Assembly: GCA_027322505.1 (NCBI GenBank)
Contig: DAHVRJ010000074.1
Coordinates: forward strand, 1-58,500
Source of the DNA: Demequinaceae bacterium
GTDB lineage: Bacteria > Actinomycetota > Actinomycetes > Actinomycetales > JAJYRW01
Length of the DNA stretch: 58,500 nucleotides
Direction of reading: 5' to 3'
The notes beneath the pieces are model-generated. The model was not told the DNA's origin, did not search any database, and saw nothing but the letters and a program-made list of their open reading frames with translations. The position numbers and the translations under genes are program-made. Positions 36,554 through 46,005 of the stretch are shown one piece after another (position 1 is the stretch's first letter; each line of letters begins with the position of its first letter).

Positions 36554-37825
36554 GTGGCACGGATACAAGATGGTGCCGATCTGCTGAAATGCTCTTTTTG
36601 CGGAAAGAGCCAAAAGCAAGTGCGTCGGCTCATCGCGGGTCCGGCGGTGTACATCTGTGATGAGTGCATCGAACTTTGCAATGAGATTGTTGAAGAGGAA
36701 CTGCGCGAAGCCGAAGAAACTGGCCTAACGGACTTGCCCAAACCGAAGGAAATTTTCGAGTTTCTGCAGGAATACGTCATCGGGCAGGACGAGGCCAAGC
36801 GCTCGCTAGCGGTTGCGGTCTATAACCACTACAAGCGCGTCCAAGCTCAGGAGCGACGCGCCAGCAGTGATGAAGAAGTCGACATAGCAAAATCCAATAT
36901 TTTGCTGGTTGGCCCCACCGGCTGCGGCAAGACGTATCTGGCTCAGACACTTGCCCGGATGCTTAATGTTCCCTTTGCGCTGGTTGACGCTACCGCGCTG
37001 ACTGAGGCCGGCTACGTGGGTGAAGATGTTGAAAACATCCTATTAAAACTCATCCAGGCCGCTGATAATGACATTGCGAAAGCGGAAACGGGCATTATCT
37101 ATATCGACGAGATCGATAAGGTCGCCCGCAAGGCTGAAAACCCCTCAATTACGCGCGATGTTTCGGGTGAGGGCGTGCAGCAGGCCCTGCTGAAAATCTT
37201 GGAGGGCACGGTCGCATCTGTGCCACCGCAGGGGGGCCGTAAGCACCCGCACCAAGAGTTTACGAATATCGACACCACCAATGTGCTATTCATTGTCGCC
37301 GGCGCCTTCGCGGGATTGGAAGAAATTGTGTCCTCCCGCGCCGGACGCGGCGGCATTGGATTTGGTGCCAGCCTGGCTGAAGCCGATAACGAAGAGATCT
37401 TCAACGACGTGCGACCCGAAGATCTTTTGAAGTTTGGTTTAATACCGGAATTTATTGGGCGCCTGCCCGTAATCACGGCTGTTAACCATCTGGATCGTGC
37501 CGCTTTGGTGGAGATTTTGACCGAGCCGAAGAATGCGCTGGTCAAGCAGTATGCCGCGATGTTCGAGCTGGACGGCGTGGAGTTGGAGTTCACGACCGAG
37601 GCGGTCGAGGCGGTAGCCGATCAGGCATTAATGCGCGGGACCGGCGCCCGCGGGCTGCGCGCGATTATGGAAGAGGTCTTGCAGCCCGTCATGTTCGAAG
37701 TCCCGAGCAGAGACGATATTGCCCGTGTGGTGGTAACCGAAGAGGTTGTGCTGAATAATGTGGCTCCCACCCTGGTGCCGCACGCGGAAGATGACGGCGT
37801 CGAAGCGGAAGAGAAAACCGCCTAG
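36554..37825 (+). CDS. clpX: ATP-dependent Clp protease ATP-binding subunit ClpX
   Basis: 423 aa. Zinc ribbon [11 protein letters not shown]...[10 protein letters not shown], Walker [18 protein letters not shown] and GARGLR. Confidence 0.95.
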   Translation: MARIQDGADLLKCSFCGKSQKQVRRLIAGPAVYICDECIELCNEIVEEELREAEETGLTDLPKPKEIFEFLQEYVIGQDEAKRSLAVAVYNHYKRVQAQERRASSDEEVDIAKSNILLVGPTGCGKTYLAQTLARMLNVPFALVDATALTEAGYVGEDVENILLKLIQAADNDIAKAETGIIYIDEIDKVARKAENPSITRDVSGEGVQQALLKILEGTVASVPPQGGRKHPHQEFTNIDTTNVLFIVAGAFAGLEEIVSSRAGRGGIGFGASLAEADNEEIFNDVRPEDLLKFGLIPEFIGRLPVITAVNHLDRAALVEILTEPKNALVKQYAAMFELDGVELEFTTEAVEAVADQALMRGTGARGLRAIMEEVLQPVMFEVPSRDDIARVVVTEEVVLNNVAPTLVPHAEDDGVEAEEKTA

Positions 37826-37893
37826 CATTTTCGACTCGCACCTCCGGTAATCGTGTTCCACAGTGGAGTAGGAGCCATGAGACAGGAGGAATA

Positions 37894-39084
37894 ATGCAGC
37901 TTGACTGGATCAAACCCCTCATCGGAATTCCTGGTCCGTTCGCTACCGTCTATTTAGATGCCACACGTGGTGACGAATCGGGTTACCGCGAAGTGATGAA
38001 TCGCTGGCAGGGCTTGAAACGCTCCCTGATTAATCAGCACACGCCCGAAGACGTACTGAACCTACTCGAAGATCGCATTTCTCAAGCCACCCACGCCACG
38101 GGGCAAGTGGGACGCTTTTTGATTGTCGGCCGCGGTGAAGTGCTAGTAGACCGCGTAATGAAGACCCCGCCGCTAAAAGATGAGGCGATTTACGCCGGCG
38201 CCCCGGCATTGCGCGCCGCAGCCGCGGCAACTGATGATCAAGTCAATTACTTTCTAGTTGAGATTAACCGCATGGGGGCGGACGTCAAGACACCCGATCC
38301 CCAAAACCCCTTCGGTCCGCTTGAGATTTACGCCCAAATCGCCGGTGAACACGACGTCGTGCACAAGGTCCGCGGTGGCGGGTTTCACCACGGAAGGCTG
38401 CAAAATCGCGCTCAAGATTCATGGGAACGAAACGCAGACTACATCGCTAACCATCTCGATGAACTCGTCACTACCGACCGGCCCGAACTACTGATTCTCA
38501 GTGGCGATGTGCGAGCTGTCGGACTCGTTGAAGAGCGCCTGGGGGAACCAGCGCGCAAGATCTCCACCCAGCTTCCCGGAGGTGGCCGCAATGAGAGCGG
38601 TGAAGATGCTCATTTCCACCAGCAGTTGGAATCAGCGCTGGATGACTACCGCCAGAAACGGCGGGGCAGCGTGATCGCCCGCTTTGAACAAGAGCTCGGT
38701 AGAGACGAGGCGGCCGTTACGGGCCAAGCGGATGTATTGCAGGCCCTTCAGCGCGGTCAGGTATCAGAACTGCTCCTGCAGGGGGATGGTTCCAGCTCGC
38801 CGGAACCGGAGGCTTCCCTGTGGATCGGCCAGGGGGCGCTAGAGGTAGCTGACTCCGAATCCGAAGTGCGCGAACTTAGTGATACCGCCGAGGAGCTCTC
38901 AGCCGACATCGCACTTTTGCGCGCCGCAGTGGGACAAGATGCCGGGGTCACTTTCGTAAATGACTCCCTCACCCTTCCTGGCGGGGTTGGCGCGCTGCTG
39001 CGCTGGAAAGACGCCGCCACGCCAGATGAAAATGTTCTGTCCTTTAGCGACGATTCCCAGCGCTTGCGCGCCGAGCCGTACTAG
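37894..39084 (+). CDS. eRF1-like / Vms1-like (baeRF-type, Rv2629-like) hypothetical protein
   Basis: 396 aa. N-terminal PFATVYLDATRGDESG and central HKVRGGGFHHGRLQNRAQDSWERNADYIANHL. From memory these resemble the bacterial archaeo-eukaryotic release-factor-like family. Strong SD AGGAGG. Confidence 0.5.
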   Translation: MQLDWIKPLIGIPGPFATVYLDATRGDESGYREVMNRWQGLKRSLINQHTPEDVLNLLEDRISQATHATGQVGRFLIVGRGEVLVDRVMKTPPLKDEAIYAGAPALRAAAAATDDQVNYFLVEINRMGADVKTPDPQNPFGPLEIYAQIAGEHDVVHKVRGGGFHHGRLQNRAQDSWERNADYIANHLDELVTTDRPELLILSGDVRAVGLVEERLGEPARKISTQLPGGGRNESGEDAHFHQQLESALDDYRQKRRGSVIARFEQELGRDEAAVTGQADVLQALQRGQVSELLLQGDGSSSPEPEASLWIGQGALEVADSESEVRELSDTAEELSADIALLRAAVGQDAGVTFVNDSLTLPGGVGALLRWKDAATPDENVLSFSDDSQRLRAEPY

Positions 39085-39146
39085 CCCCCGGCACTTGCGC
39101 GCCCAGCCGTACTAGCCCCCGGCACCTGCGCGCCCAGCCGTATTAG
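39064..39146. repeat. 31-bp tandem repeat, about 2.7 copies, spanning a stop codon
   Basis: TTGCGCGCCGAGCCGTACTAGCCCCCGGCAC, TTGCGCGCCCAGCCGTACTAGCCCCCGGCAC and CTGCGCGCCCAGCCGTATTAG. Copy 1 contains the stop of the 37894-39084 CDS. The last copy abuts the valS stop. Confidence 0.85.
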
Positions 39147-41785
39147 TCTCGGCGCCGCTTTGCCGGAGGCTCTCCCAGTTCGGAAGCGATGATGGCTGGC
39201 TCATCAAAATCGCCTGCGACTAATTGCAGCTCTTCTACGTGCCCGGCGGCCGCCAAGTCCGAAGCGATTGCTTCAATAGCCGAAAGCTGCGCCGCTGGGA
39301 TGGCAAGTTCGGCCCTGATGAGCGGCGTACGCATCGAAACCTTCGCTTCGGACTTCGTCCGGCGCAACTCAGCCAAAGCCGCACCAGCCACCGGCAACAC
39401 GGCCGGGTTACTATTGATGGCAGCGGCGCGCAGTACATCTGAAGTGGGCCAGGGTGCCTTGTGAATGGACCCCACCCGCCACCATGACCACACTTCTTCT
39501 GTGGCGAAGGGCAAAAATGGCGCAAAGAGTCGCAGCAGCACATCGAGTGCAAGAACGAGGGCGGCACGAGCCGACTCCGACTCGGTGCCTTCCGCCCCAT
39601 AGGCCCGATCTTTAACGAGTTCCAAGTAGTCGTCACAAAACGCCCAAAAGAGCGATTCGGTTAGCTCGAGCGCCCGCGTGTGGTCATAACGCTCGAAAGA
39701 CGCGCCCGCCTCATCAACAACATGAGCCAGGGCAGCGAGCATGGTGCGATCCAGCGGGTTCGTCACCAGGGACGGATCGGCAACCTGTTCCGTCGCCCCA
39801 AGCGGCGTAATTTCATCGCCCAAAGCTCGCTGGAGCACAAACTTCGAGGCATTTAAAATCTTGATGGCCAGGCGCCGTCCGATCTTCATCTGGTCTTCTT
39901 CAAAGACCGCATCGGTACCAAGCCGCGCTGAGGCGGCCCAATAGCGCACCGCATCGGAGCCGTGCTGTTTCACCAGCCCCATCGGCGTAATGACGTTCCC
40001 CTTGGACTTCGACATCTTTTTGCGGTCCCGGTCCAGCATCCAGCCGCTAATGGTGGTGTGCTTCCACGGCAGATGACCGTGTTCGAGCTGTGAACGCAAC
40101 AGAGTTGAGAACAACCAGGTGCGAATGATGTCTTGCCCCTGGGGCCGCAAGTCCATTGGGAAAACCCGTTCAAATAGGTCCGGATCAGCGATCCACCCCG
40201 ACACAATTTGCGGTGTGAGCGACGAGGTCGCCCATGTGTCCATAACGTCTGGATCGCCGATGAATCCGCCGGGTTTGCCGCGGTCAGCCTCTGAGAAACC
40301 AGCTGGGCAGTCCACCGAGGGATCAATCGGCAATTGCGACTCGTCGGGAACAAGCGGATCGTCGTACTGCGGATTGCCCGCATCGTCGAGGCGGTACCAC
40401 ACGGGGAAGGGCACACCAAAGAAGCGCTGGCGAGAAACAAGCCAGTCGCCGTTTAAGCCCTCCACCCAGTTCTCATAGCGCACCTTCATAAAGTCGGGGT
40501 GCCAGTCCAGTTCCAAGCCGCGCTCCAGCAACGTTTCGCGCAAACCCGGTGCGCCTTCGGGCCGCCCACTATTGCGGATGTACCACTGGCGCGTGGTGAC
40601 AATCTCCAGCGGGCGATCACCCTTTTCAAAGAATTTCACCGCGTGGGTAATCGCCTCCGGCTCGCCAATCAGATCGCCGGACTCGCGCAGTAATTCGACC
40701 ATTGCCTCCCGGGCAGAAAACACCGTCTTGCCCGCTAATTTTGCATAGGCTTCCTGGGCGGCGGCGTTTTCGAGTCCGGCCGGAGCCTCAGCGATAAACC
40801 GGCCATCCCAGCCCAGTACCGTGCGCGTCGGCAGATCTAATTCGCGCCACCAAATCACGTCAGTGACATCACCGAACGTACAGATCATGGCGATCCCGGT
40901 GCCCTTATCCGGTTCTGCAAGCCGGTGGGCAACAACGGGAACCTCAACGCCGAATACCGGCGAGGTCACAGTTTTACCAAACAGGTCCTGATAGCGCTCA
41001 TCATCGGGATGGGCCACGAGCGCGACGCAGGCGGGCAGCAACTCCGGGCGCGTAGTTTCGATCTCAATTGGCGTATCGCCGGCTGCCTTAAACGTCAACT
41101 TATGGAACGCCCCGGGCCGCTCCCGATCCTCCAACTCGGCCTGGGCAACCGCGGTGCGAAATGTAATGTCCCACATCGTGGGAGCCTGCGCCTGATAGGC
41201 CTCGCCGCGGGCCAAATTGCGCAAAAATGCCTGCTGGGAAACGGCTTGTGCGCGCGCATCAATGGTCTGGTACGTATATGACCAGTCCACGCTCACGCCC
41301 AGACGCCGCCATAGTTCTTCAAATTTCTTTTCGTCTTCTTCTGCTAACTTTTCGCACAGCTCGACGAAGTTACGGCGCGAGACCGGGACCTGATCAGCAG
41401 GCCGGACCGTCTTTTCCCCACTGTGGGGCGGCACAAAATCAGCGTCATAGGGCAGGGAAGGATCACAGCGAATCCCAAAATAATTTTGCACCCGACGCTC
41501 AGTCGGCAGGCCATTGTCATCCCAGCCCATGGGGTAGTACACCGATTTGCCCAGCATGCGCTGGTAGCGGGCAATCACATCGGTGTGCGTATACGAAAAC
41601 ACGTGCCCCACGTGCAGTGAGCCGGAAACCGTGGGCGGGGGAGTGTCAATTGAGTAGATTTGCTCCCGGGTAGCAGTGCGGTCGAAATCATAGGTGCCCT
41701 GCTGGCTCCAGCGGGCGTCCCAAGTTTCTTCCAGACCGTCCAAAGTGGGTTTATTAGGAACAGCACGGGGTTGCAGATCGCTCAT
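39143..41785 (-). CDS. valS: Valine--tRNA ligase
   Basis: 880 aa. HVGH (HIGH) motif in PPPTVSGSLHVGHVFSY, and KMSKSKGN. Confidence 0.95.
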   Translation of the reverse strand: MSDLQPRAVPNKPTLDGLEETWDARWSQQGTYDFDRTATREQIYSIDTPPPTVSGSLHVGHVFSYTHTDVIARYQRMLGKSVYYPMGWDDNGLPTERRVQNYFGIRCDPSLPYDADFVPPHSGEKTVRPADQVPVSRRNFVELCEKLAEEDEKKFEELWRRLGVSVDWSYTYQTIDARAQAVSQQAFLRNLARGEAYQAQAPTMWDITFRTAVAQAELEDRERPGAFHKLTFKAAGDTPIEIETTRPELLPACVALVAHPDDERYQDLFGKTVTSPVFGVEVPVVAHRLAEPDKGTGIAMICTFGDVTDVIWWRELDLPTRTVLGWDGRFIAEAPAGLENAAAQEAYAKLAGKTVFSAREAMVELLRESGDLIGEPEAITHAVKFFEKGDRPLEIVTTRQWYIRNSGRPEGAPGLRETLLERGLELDWHPDFMKVRYENWVEGLNGDWLVSRQRFFGVPFPVWYRLDDAGNPQYDDPLVPDESQLPIDPSVDCPAGFSEADRGKPGGFIGDPDVMDTWATSSLTPQIVSGWIADPDLFERVFPMDLRPQGQDIIRTWLFSTLLRSQLEHGHLPWKHTTISGWMLDRDRKKMSKSKGNVITPMGLVKQHGSDAVRYWAASARLGTDAVFEEDQMKIGRRLAIKILNASKFVLQRALGDEITPLGATEQVADPSLVTNPLDRTMLAALAHVVDEAGASFERYDHTRALELTESLFWAFCDDYLELVKDRAYGAEGTESESARAALVLALDVLLRLFAPFLPFATEEVWSWWRVGSIHKAPWPTSDVLRAAAINSNPAVLPVAGAALAELRRTKSEAKVSMRTPLIRAELAIPAAQLSAIEAIASDLAAAGHVEELQLVAGDFDEPAIIASELGEPPAKRRRD

Positions 41786-41886
41786 GGTTACCTATCTTCC
41801 CAGATGCCACTTAGGCTGATGCGTGATGGTTATCGTTGCGCTAGCGCGCTAACGAGTTTAAAGCGCTCGACGCCCTAGGAGTGTAA

Positions 41887-42666
41887 ATGTCTTTAGGTAC
41901 TGACTTAAACATCACTGGAGAAAAACGCGCGGTCGTTACGGGAGCGTCTTCGGGAATTGGTGCAGCGACCGTGACGCGACTGCGTGCCGCCGATTGGGAT
42001 GTTATCGCTGTTGCCCGCCGCGAGGACCGCCTTAAGGAATTGCAGGAACGCACCGGGGCAGTACCGCTGGCCTGTGACATTACAATTGCGGACGACGTCG
42101 CGCGCCTTAGCGAATTCGTCGCCGAGCGCGGGGTACTTCACGCGCTGGTTAACAACGCGGGCGGTGCCTTCGGTCAAGAACCAGTCGCGGAAGCCGACAT
42201 CGACAAGTGGCAGCAGATGTATGACGTCAACGTGATCGGAACGCTGCGCATCACGCGGGAGTTGTTGCCGCAACTGCGCGCTAGTAACGCTGGTGACGTC
42301 GTCATGGTGACCTCGACCGCTGCCCATGACACCTACCCGGGCGGGGGCGGCTATGTGGCGGCTAAGCACGCCGAGCGAATCATCGCCAACACGCTACGCC
42401 AAGAATTAGTAGGCGAGCCGGTGCGCATTATGGAGGTTGCTCCGGGAATGGTGATGACCGAGGAGTTTTCCCTCACCCGTTTCGCGGGCGATCAACAACG
42501 CGCGGAGGCTGTATATGAGGGAGTAGCCGAGCCGCTTGTCGCGGACGACATTGCCGAAGTGATTGAGTTCATGCTCTCCCGGCCCCATCACGTTAACCTC
42601 GACAGCGTGATTGTCCGTCCCCGCGCTCAGGCGACGAACACGCTTGTTGCCCGCGCCGATTCATAA
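41887..42666 (+). CDS. SDR-family oxidoreductase
   Basis: 259 aa. TGASSGIGAA, NNAG and Y-x3-K (YVAAKHA). Confidence 0.85.
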   Translation: MSLGTDLNITGEKRAVVTGASSGIGAATVTRLRAADWDVIAVARREDRLKELQERTGAVPLACDITIADDVARLSEFVAERGVLHALVNNAGGAFGQEPVAEADIDKWQQMYDVNVIGTLRITRELLPQLRASNAGDVVMVTSTAAHDTYPGGGGYVAAKHAERIIANTLRQELVGEPVRIMEVAPGMVMTEEFSLTRFAGDQQRAEAVYEGVAEPLVADDIAEVIEFMLSRPHHVNLDSVIVRPRAQATNTLVARADS

Positions 42667-42785
42667 ATTGGCTGACGCAAATCCATAAAAGCCACTTGCG
42701 CTAAAAGCTCTACTGTGTCATTATCTTTTTCATGCACATTACAATTTCTATGCTTCGCAACGACCAGGTTTCTGCCTGCGCCGAT

Positions 42786-42827
42786 ATGCGAATGCGAATG
42801 TGCATGATGTGCCGCTCGAACTTCTAA
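42786..42827 (+). CDS. Candidate leader micro-ORF rich in Met/Cys codons (MRMRMCMMCRSNF)
   Basis: ATG CGA ATG CGA ATG TGC ATG ATG TGC CGC TCG AAC TTC TAA. An in-frame ATG at 42750 would give the 25-aa product MLRNDQVSACADMRMRMCMMCRSNF. The stop lies 188 nt upstream of the FMN reductase ATG. No convincing SD was seen. Confidence 0.4.
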   Translation: MRMRMCMMCRSNF

Positions 42828-43015
42828 TAGTTCCCGGCCTCCTCCAGCGCCACCTTGTATTAACAAGTTGACCCCAATGTTTGGCGCAGAGTTTTCTCTC
42901 CCCAGCAGCTAACTGAAGTTCTTTTCAGAATCATCGCTGCGCATTAATGCGACCCCCACCTCAGTAATTTATCCTGCCTTTGAAGTTTATTGAGGCGCAG
43001 ATATAGGGAAGCAAA

Positions 43016-43573
43016 ATGTCATCCATCGTTCTAATTGGGGGATCGCCTTCTCCCACCTCACGCAGTTCAGTCGTCCTGGATCAGGTCGCCACCCAGATCA
43101 AACTCGCAGGATTTGAAGTCGAGCGCATTGAAGTGCGCGATATTGATCCTGCCGCTTTACTGTTCGCTGACTTTGGCCACCCAGACGTGCTAGCTGCCGG
43201 GGAAAAGATTGAGCGTGCATCAGCGGTGGTGCTAGCAACGCCGGTATATAAGGCATCGTATTCGGGGGTGCTCAAATCACTCCTTGATCTGCTTGCACGC
43301 GACGCGTTCCACAATAAACCGATTCTGCCCATTGCGACGGGCGGAACAATCGCGCACCTACTGTCAATTGACTACGCGCTGCGTCCCGTTCTCTATGCAC
43401 TGTGTGCGGAAAAGGTATTAGCGGGCCGATTTATTCTCGATAAAGACGTTTCTACGATTGCTCCCAATGTTGGCATCGAAGATGCAGAAGCGTGGGATGC
43501 GTTGGAGGCTCAAATTGCCACGCTATGCGATGAGGTGACGCATCTCAATCAGCGAGAACTAGCGGCTGTTTAG
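43016..43573 (+). CDS. ssuE: NADPH-dependent FMN reductase (SsuE-like)
   Basis: 185 aa. IVLIGGSPSPTSRSS, ATPVYKASYSGVLKSLLDLL and IATGGTIAHLL. SD AGGGAAG. Confidence 0.7.
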   Translation: MSSIVLIGGSPSPTSRSSVVLDQVATQIKLAGFEVERIEVRDIDPAALLFADFGHPDVLAAGEKIERASAVVLATPVYKASYSGVLKSLLDLLARDAFHNKPILPIATGGTIAHLLSIDYALRPVLYALCAEKVLAGRFILDKDVSTIAPNVGIEDAEAWDALEAQIATLCDEVTHLNQRELAAV

Positions 43574-43668
43574 CCGCTTCTAGGTCCTAATAAATAACAA
43601 CATTGCACGAAGCCCTACTTTTGGGCGCCCAAATAACACTCATTTTGAATTTCAATTAGGGGACACTT

Positions 43669-45105
43669 GTGTCTAAACAAATTCGCGTAAACGGTTTTGA
43701 AATGGCCACACCGGGCCACATTAATCACGGACTGTGGCGGCTGCCGGGGAATCGGCGGGTCGACTACAACAAGTTGGACTATTGGATCGAGCTGGCGCGC
43801 GTGGCCGAGAGGGGACTCTTCGACGCAATTTTCCTAGCAGATGTGGTCGGCACGTACGGGACCTATAAGGGCTCGCGGCGCCCGGCGTTGAAGGCGGGCA
43901 TGCAGGTGCCCAACATCGATCCTAGTTATGTAATTCCGGCGATGGCTGCCGTGACCGAACATCTCGCGTTCGCGGTTACCGGCACGACCACATATGAACC
44001 GCCTTTTGGTTGGGCACGGCGGCTATCGACCCTCGATCATCTGACCAACGGCCGTTTCGCTTGGAACGTCGTAACTGGTTATCTCCCGGATGCTGCTGCA
44101 AACTACGGCTTGAGCGCGCAAATTAAACACGACGATCGCTACGAGATTGCTGACGAATACCTCGAGGTCATTTACCGCTTACTGGAGCTGTCGTGGGACG
44201 AAGACGCCGTTGTTAAGGACGGCGCCAGCCACCTCTATTCTGACCCGGACCGGGTGCATGAAATTGGCTATGAGGGTCGACATTTCAAGGTGGCGGGTCC
44301 TCATCTGTCCGAACCTTCGGTTCAGCGCACTCCGGTTATCTACCAGGCGGGGACTTCCTCGCGCGGCAAGGCGTTTGCTGCCCGCCACGCCGAGGGTGTC
44401 TTCTTACTACCGCGCGATGATCAGCAGGCACAGGAAGAGATTGCCGACCTTCGCCGCCTCGCGGTCGAAGAGGGAAGGCAAGCAGAAGATGTTAAGGCCT
44501 TCCTGGGCGTCGAAATTGTCACCGGGCACAGCACCGATGAGGTTAATGCGAAGGTGCAAGTTCTTGCAGATAACCGCGATATCGAGGGGCATCTCGTGTT
44601 GTTCTCCGGCTGGGCGGGAATTGACCTGTCGGGTGACGACACCGATAAATACCTTGAATACAAAGCCGGCGATGCGATGCAGACATTTGAGCGCATGTGG
44701 TCAGAGGGTGAGGACCGCAAGAAGGTGGGCGAACTTGTCGAGCACCTATCGCATCCAGCAAATGACAAGTTGTTCATTGCTGGAACGCCTGACCAGGTGG
44801 CTGACCGCCTCATAGGTCTGATTGACGGAACCGACGCTGATGGAATCAATCTCGTCCAGCACCTATCCCCGGGCACCTTTGAAGACTTCTCGAATCTCGT
44901 TGTGCCCGAACTGCAGCGCCGCGGCCGCTACCGCACCGCCTACACCCCGGGCGAAACGCTCCGGGAACGCTTGCACGGCTCCGGAGCACGTCCGCTTCCC
45001 GGTCACCCAGCTGCTGCTTATGCGCAGGAGCGTGAGCTGCGCCAGGCGCAGCGTGGAACAAACGGTCAAGTAACCAACCCAAACAGTGAATTCGCATCGG
45101 TTTAA
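43669..45105 (+). CDS. LLM-class flavin-dependent monooxygenase, NtaA/SnaA/DszA(SoxA) family
   Basis: 478 aa. FEMATPGHINHGLWRLPGN, AIFLADVVG, LDHLTNGRFAWNVVTGY and IYQAGTSSRGKAFAARHAEGVF. GTG start. Confidence 0.8.
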   Translation: MSKQIRVNGFEMATPGHINHGLWRLPGNRRVDYNKLDYWIELARVAERGLFDAIFLADVVGTYGTYKGSRRPALKAGMQVPNIDPSYVIPAMAAVTEHLAFAVTGTTTYEPPFGWARRLSTLDHLTNGRFAWNVVTGYLPDAAANYGLSAQIKHDDRYEIADEYLEVIYRLLELSWDEDAVVKDGASHLYSDPDRVHEIGYEGRHFKVAGPHLSEPSVQRTPVIYQAGTSSRGKAFAARHAEGVFLLPRDDQQAQEEIADLRRLAVEEGRQAEDVKAFLGVEIVTGHSTDEVNAKVQVLADNRDIEGHLVLFSGWAGIDLSGDDTDKYLEYKAGDAMQTFERMWSEGEDRKKVGELVEHLSHPANDKLFIAGTPDQVADRLIGLIDGTDADGINLVQHLSPGTFEDFSNLVVPELQRRGRYRTAYTPGETLRERLHGSGARPLPGHPAAAYAQERELRQAQRGTNGQVTNPNSEFASV

Positions 45106-45115
45106 GGAGTAAGAA

Positions 45116-45583
45116 ATGACTGCAACATTTACCGAAGCTCAACCCCAGATTGTTACCTTCAACACCGTCGGTACCTATCGCGGGAATCTGCGTACTGACG
45201 TGGCAGCACGCCAATTTCAAGTTGGAGTAGCTGAACCCGAAGAACTGGGCGGCGACGACTCCGCCCCCAACCCGATGGAGTTACTCCTGGCGGGCCTCGA
45301 TGGCTGCCTGGCTGTTGTAGCGGACGTGGTTGCAGCTGAGTATGACGCGAAGATCAAGTCGCTCTCGTTAACTACGGACGCTGACCTCGACGCACGCGGG
45401 TTCCTGGGCACGGCAGACATCAACCCTTATTTCCAGGCAGTGCGCACGAACGTGGAGATCGACATTGATTTGCCGCGTGAACAGTTCGTGGAGTACACCG
45501 AAACCGTATTGCGCCGCTGCCCAGCAGCCACGCTCATCTTGGCCGCTAAAGTGCAATTTGAGATCGCCTGGAGGCAGATTTGA
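45116..45583 (+). CDS. OsmC-family protein
   Basis: 155 aa. GGDDSAPNPMELLLAGLDGCLA and C-terminal RRCPAA are typical of the OsmC/Ohr fold. Confidence 0.7.
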   Translation: MTATFTEAQPQIVTFNTVGTYRGNLRTDVAARQFQVGVAEPEELGGDDSAPNPMELLLAGLDGCLAVVADVVAAEYDAKIKSLSLTTDADLDARGFLGTADINPYFQAVRTNVEIDIDLPREQFVEYTETVLRRCPAATLILAAKVQFEIAWRQI

Positions 45584-45786
45584 ACGTGCTTAGCGTGTGA
45601 GCTTAGGAGCGCCTAGCGCATCGGAACCCACACACTAATCAAAGCCGGTCTCGCTAAGGCATCCACAGGGCGAAGAATGATGGGGAAAGGGTTCTGACGT
45701 GGACGCGTTCTGGTTAATTGCCGCAACAGGGTTAAACTAGTCCCGGCACTGACCCGGCAATCACCGGCGAGCCATCCAGAAGAACG

Positions 45787-45993
45787 AGAGCGGCGTCGTC
45801 CAAAATCAACGAGCTCGCTCTTAAGTAGAACTGGACGGTTGGGCCCGAGAAAGTCCTTTTAAGCGGTTCGCGCGCCGAGACCGGCACGCAACAAGCGGGG
45901 TGGTACCGCGGCAATCCGCCACCAGGCGGGCTGTCGTCCTCGCGGCAAGCACGGCTTGGCGGCCGGCATACCAGCCAAGCCTAATCCGCAGGA
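45787..45993 (+). promoter_or_regulatory. T-box leader (tRNA-Ile sensing) of ileS
   Basis: The conserved T-box sequence GCGGGGTGGTACCGCGG lies at 45895-45911, with UGGU to pair with the ACCA end. A short stem I candidate spans 45787-45821 with a 9-nt loop CCAAAAUCA, placing AUC (Ile) at 45805-45807 followed by A. An 8-bp hairpin GGCTTGGC/GCCAAGCC lies just upstream of SD GCAGGAG. ACCACCC at 46000-46006, beside the ATG, is complementary to GGGTGGT in the T-box. Confidence 0.75.
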
Positions 45994-46005
45994 GTGTCAC
46001 CACCC

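Noticed and set aside
42627-42866. 79-aa minus-strand ORF containing HHAHSHSH, opposite the Met/Cys micro-ORF
   Set aside because: The His/Ala/Ser run is simply the reverse complement of the ATG/TGC/CGA repeat. The ORF overlaps the 3' end of the SDR gene convergently and has no start context. It cannot be fully excluded without expression data.
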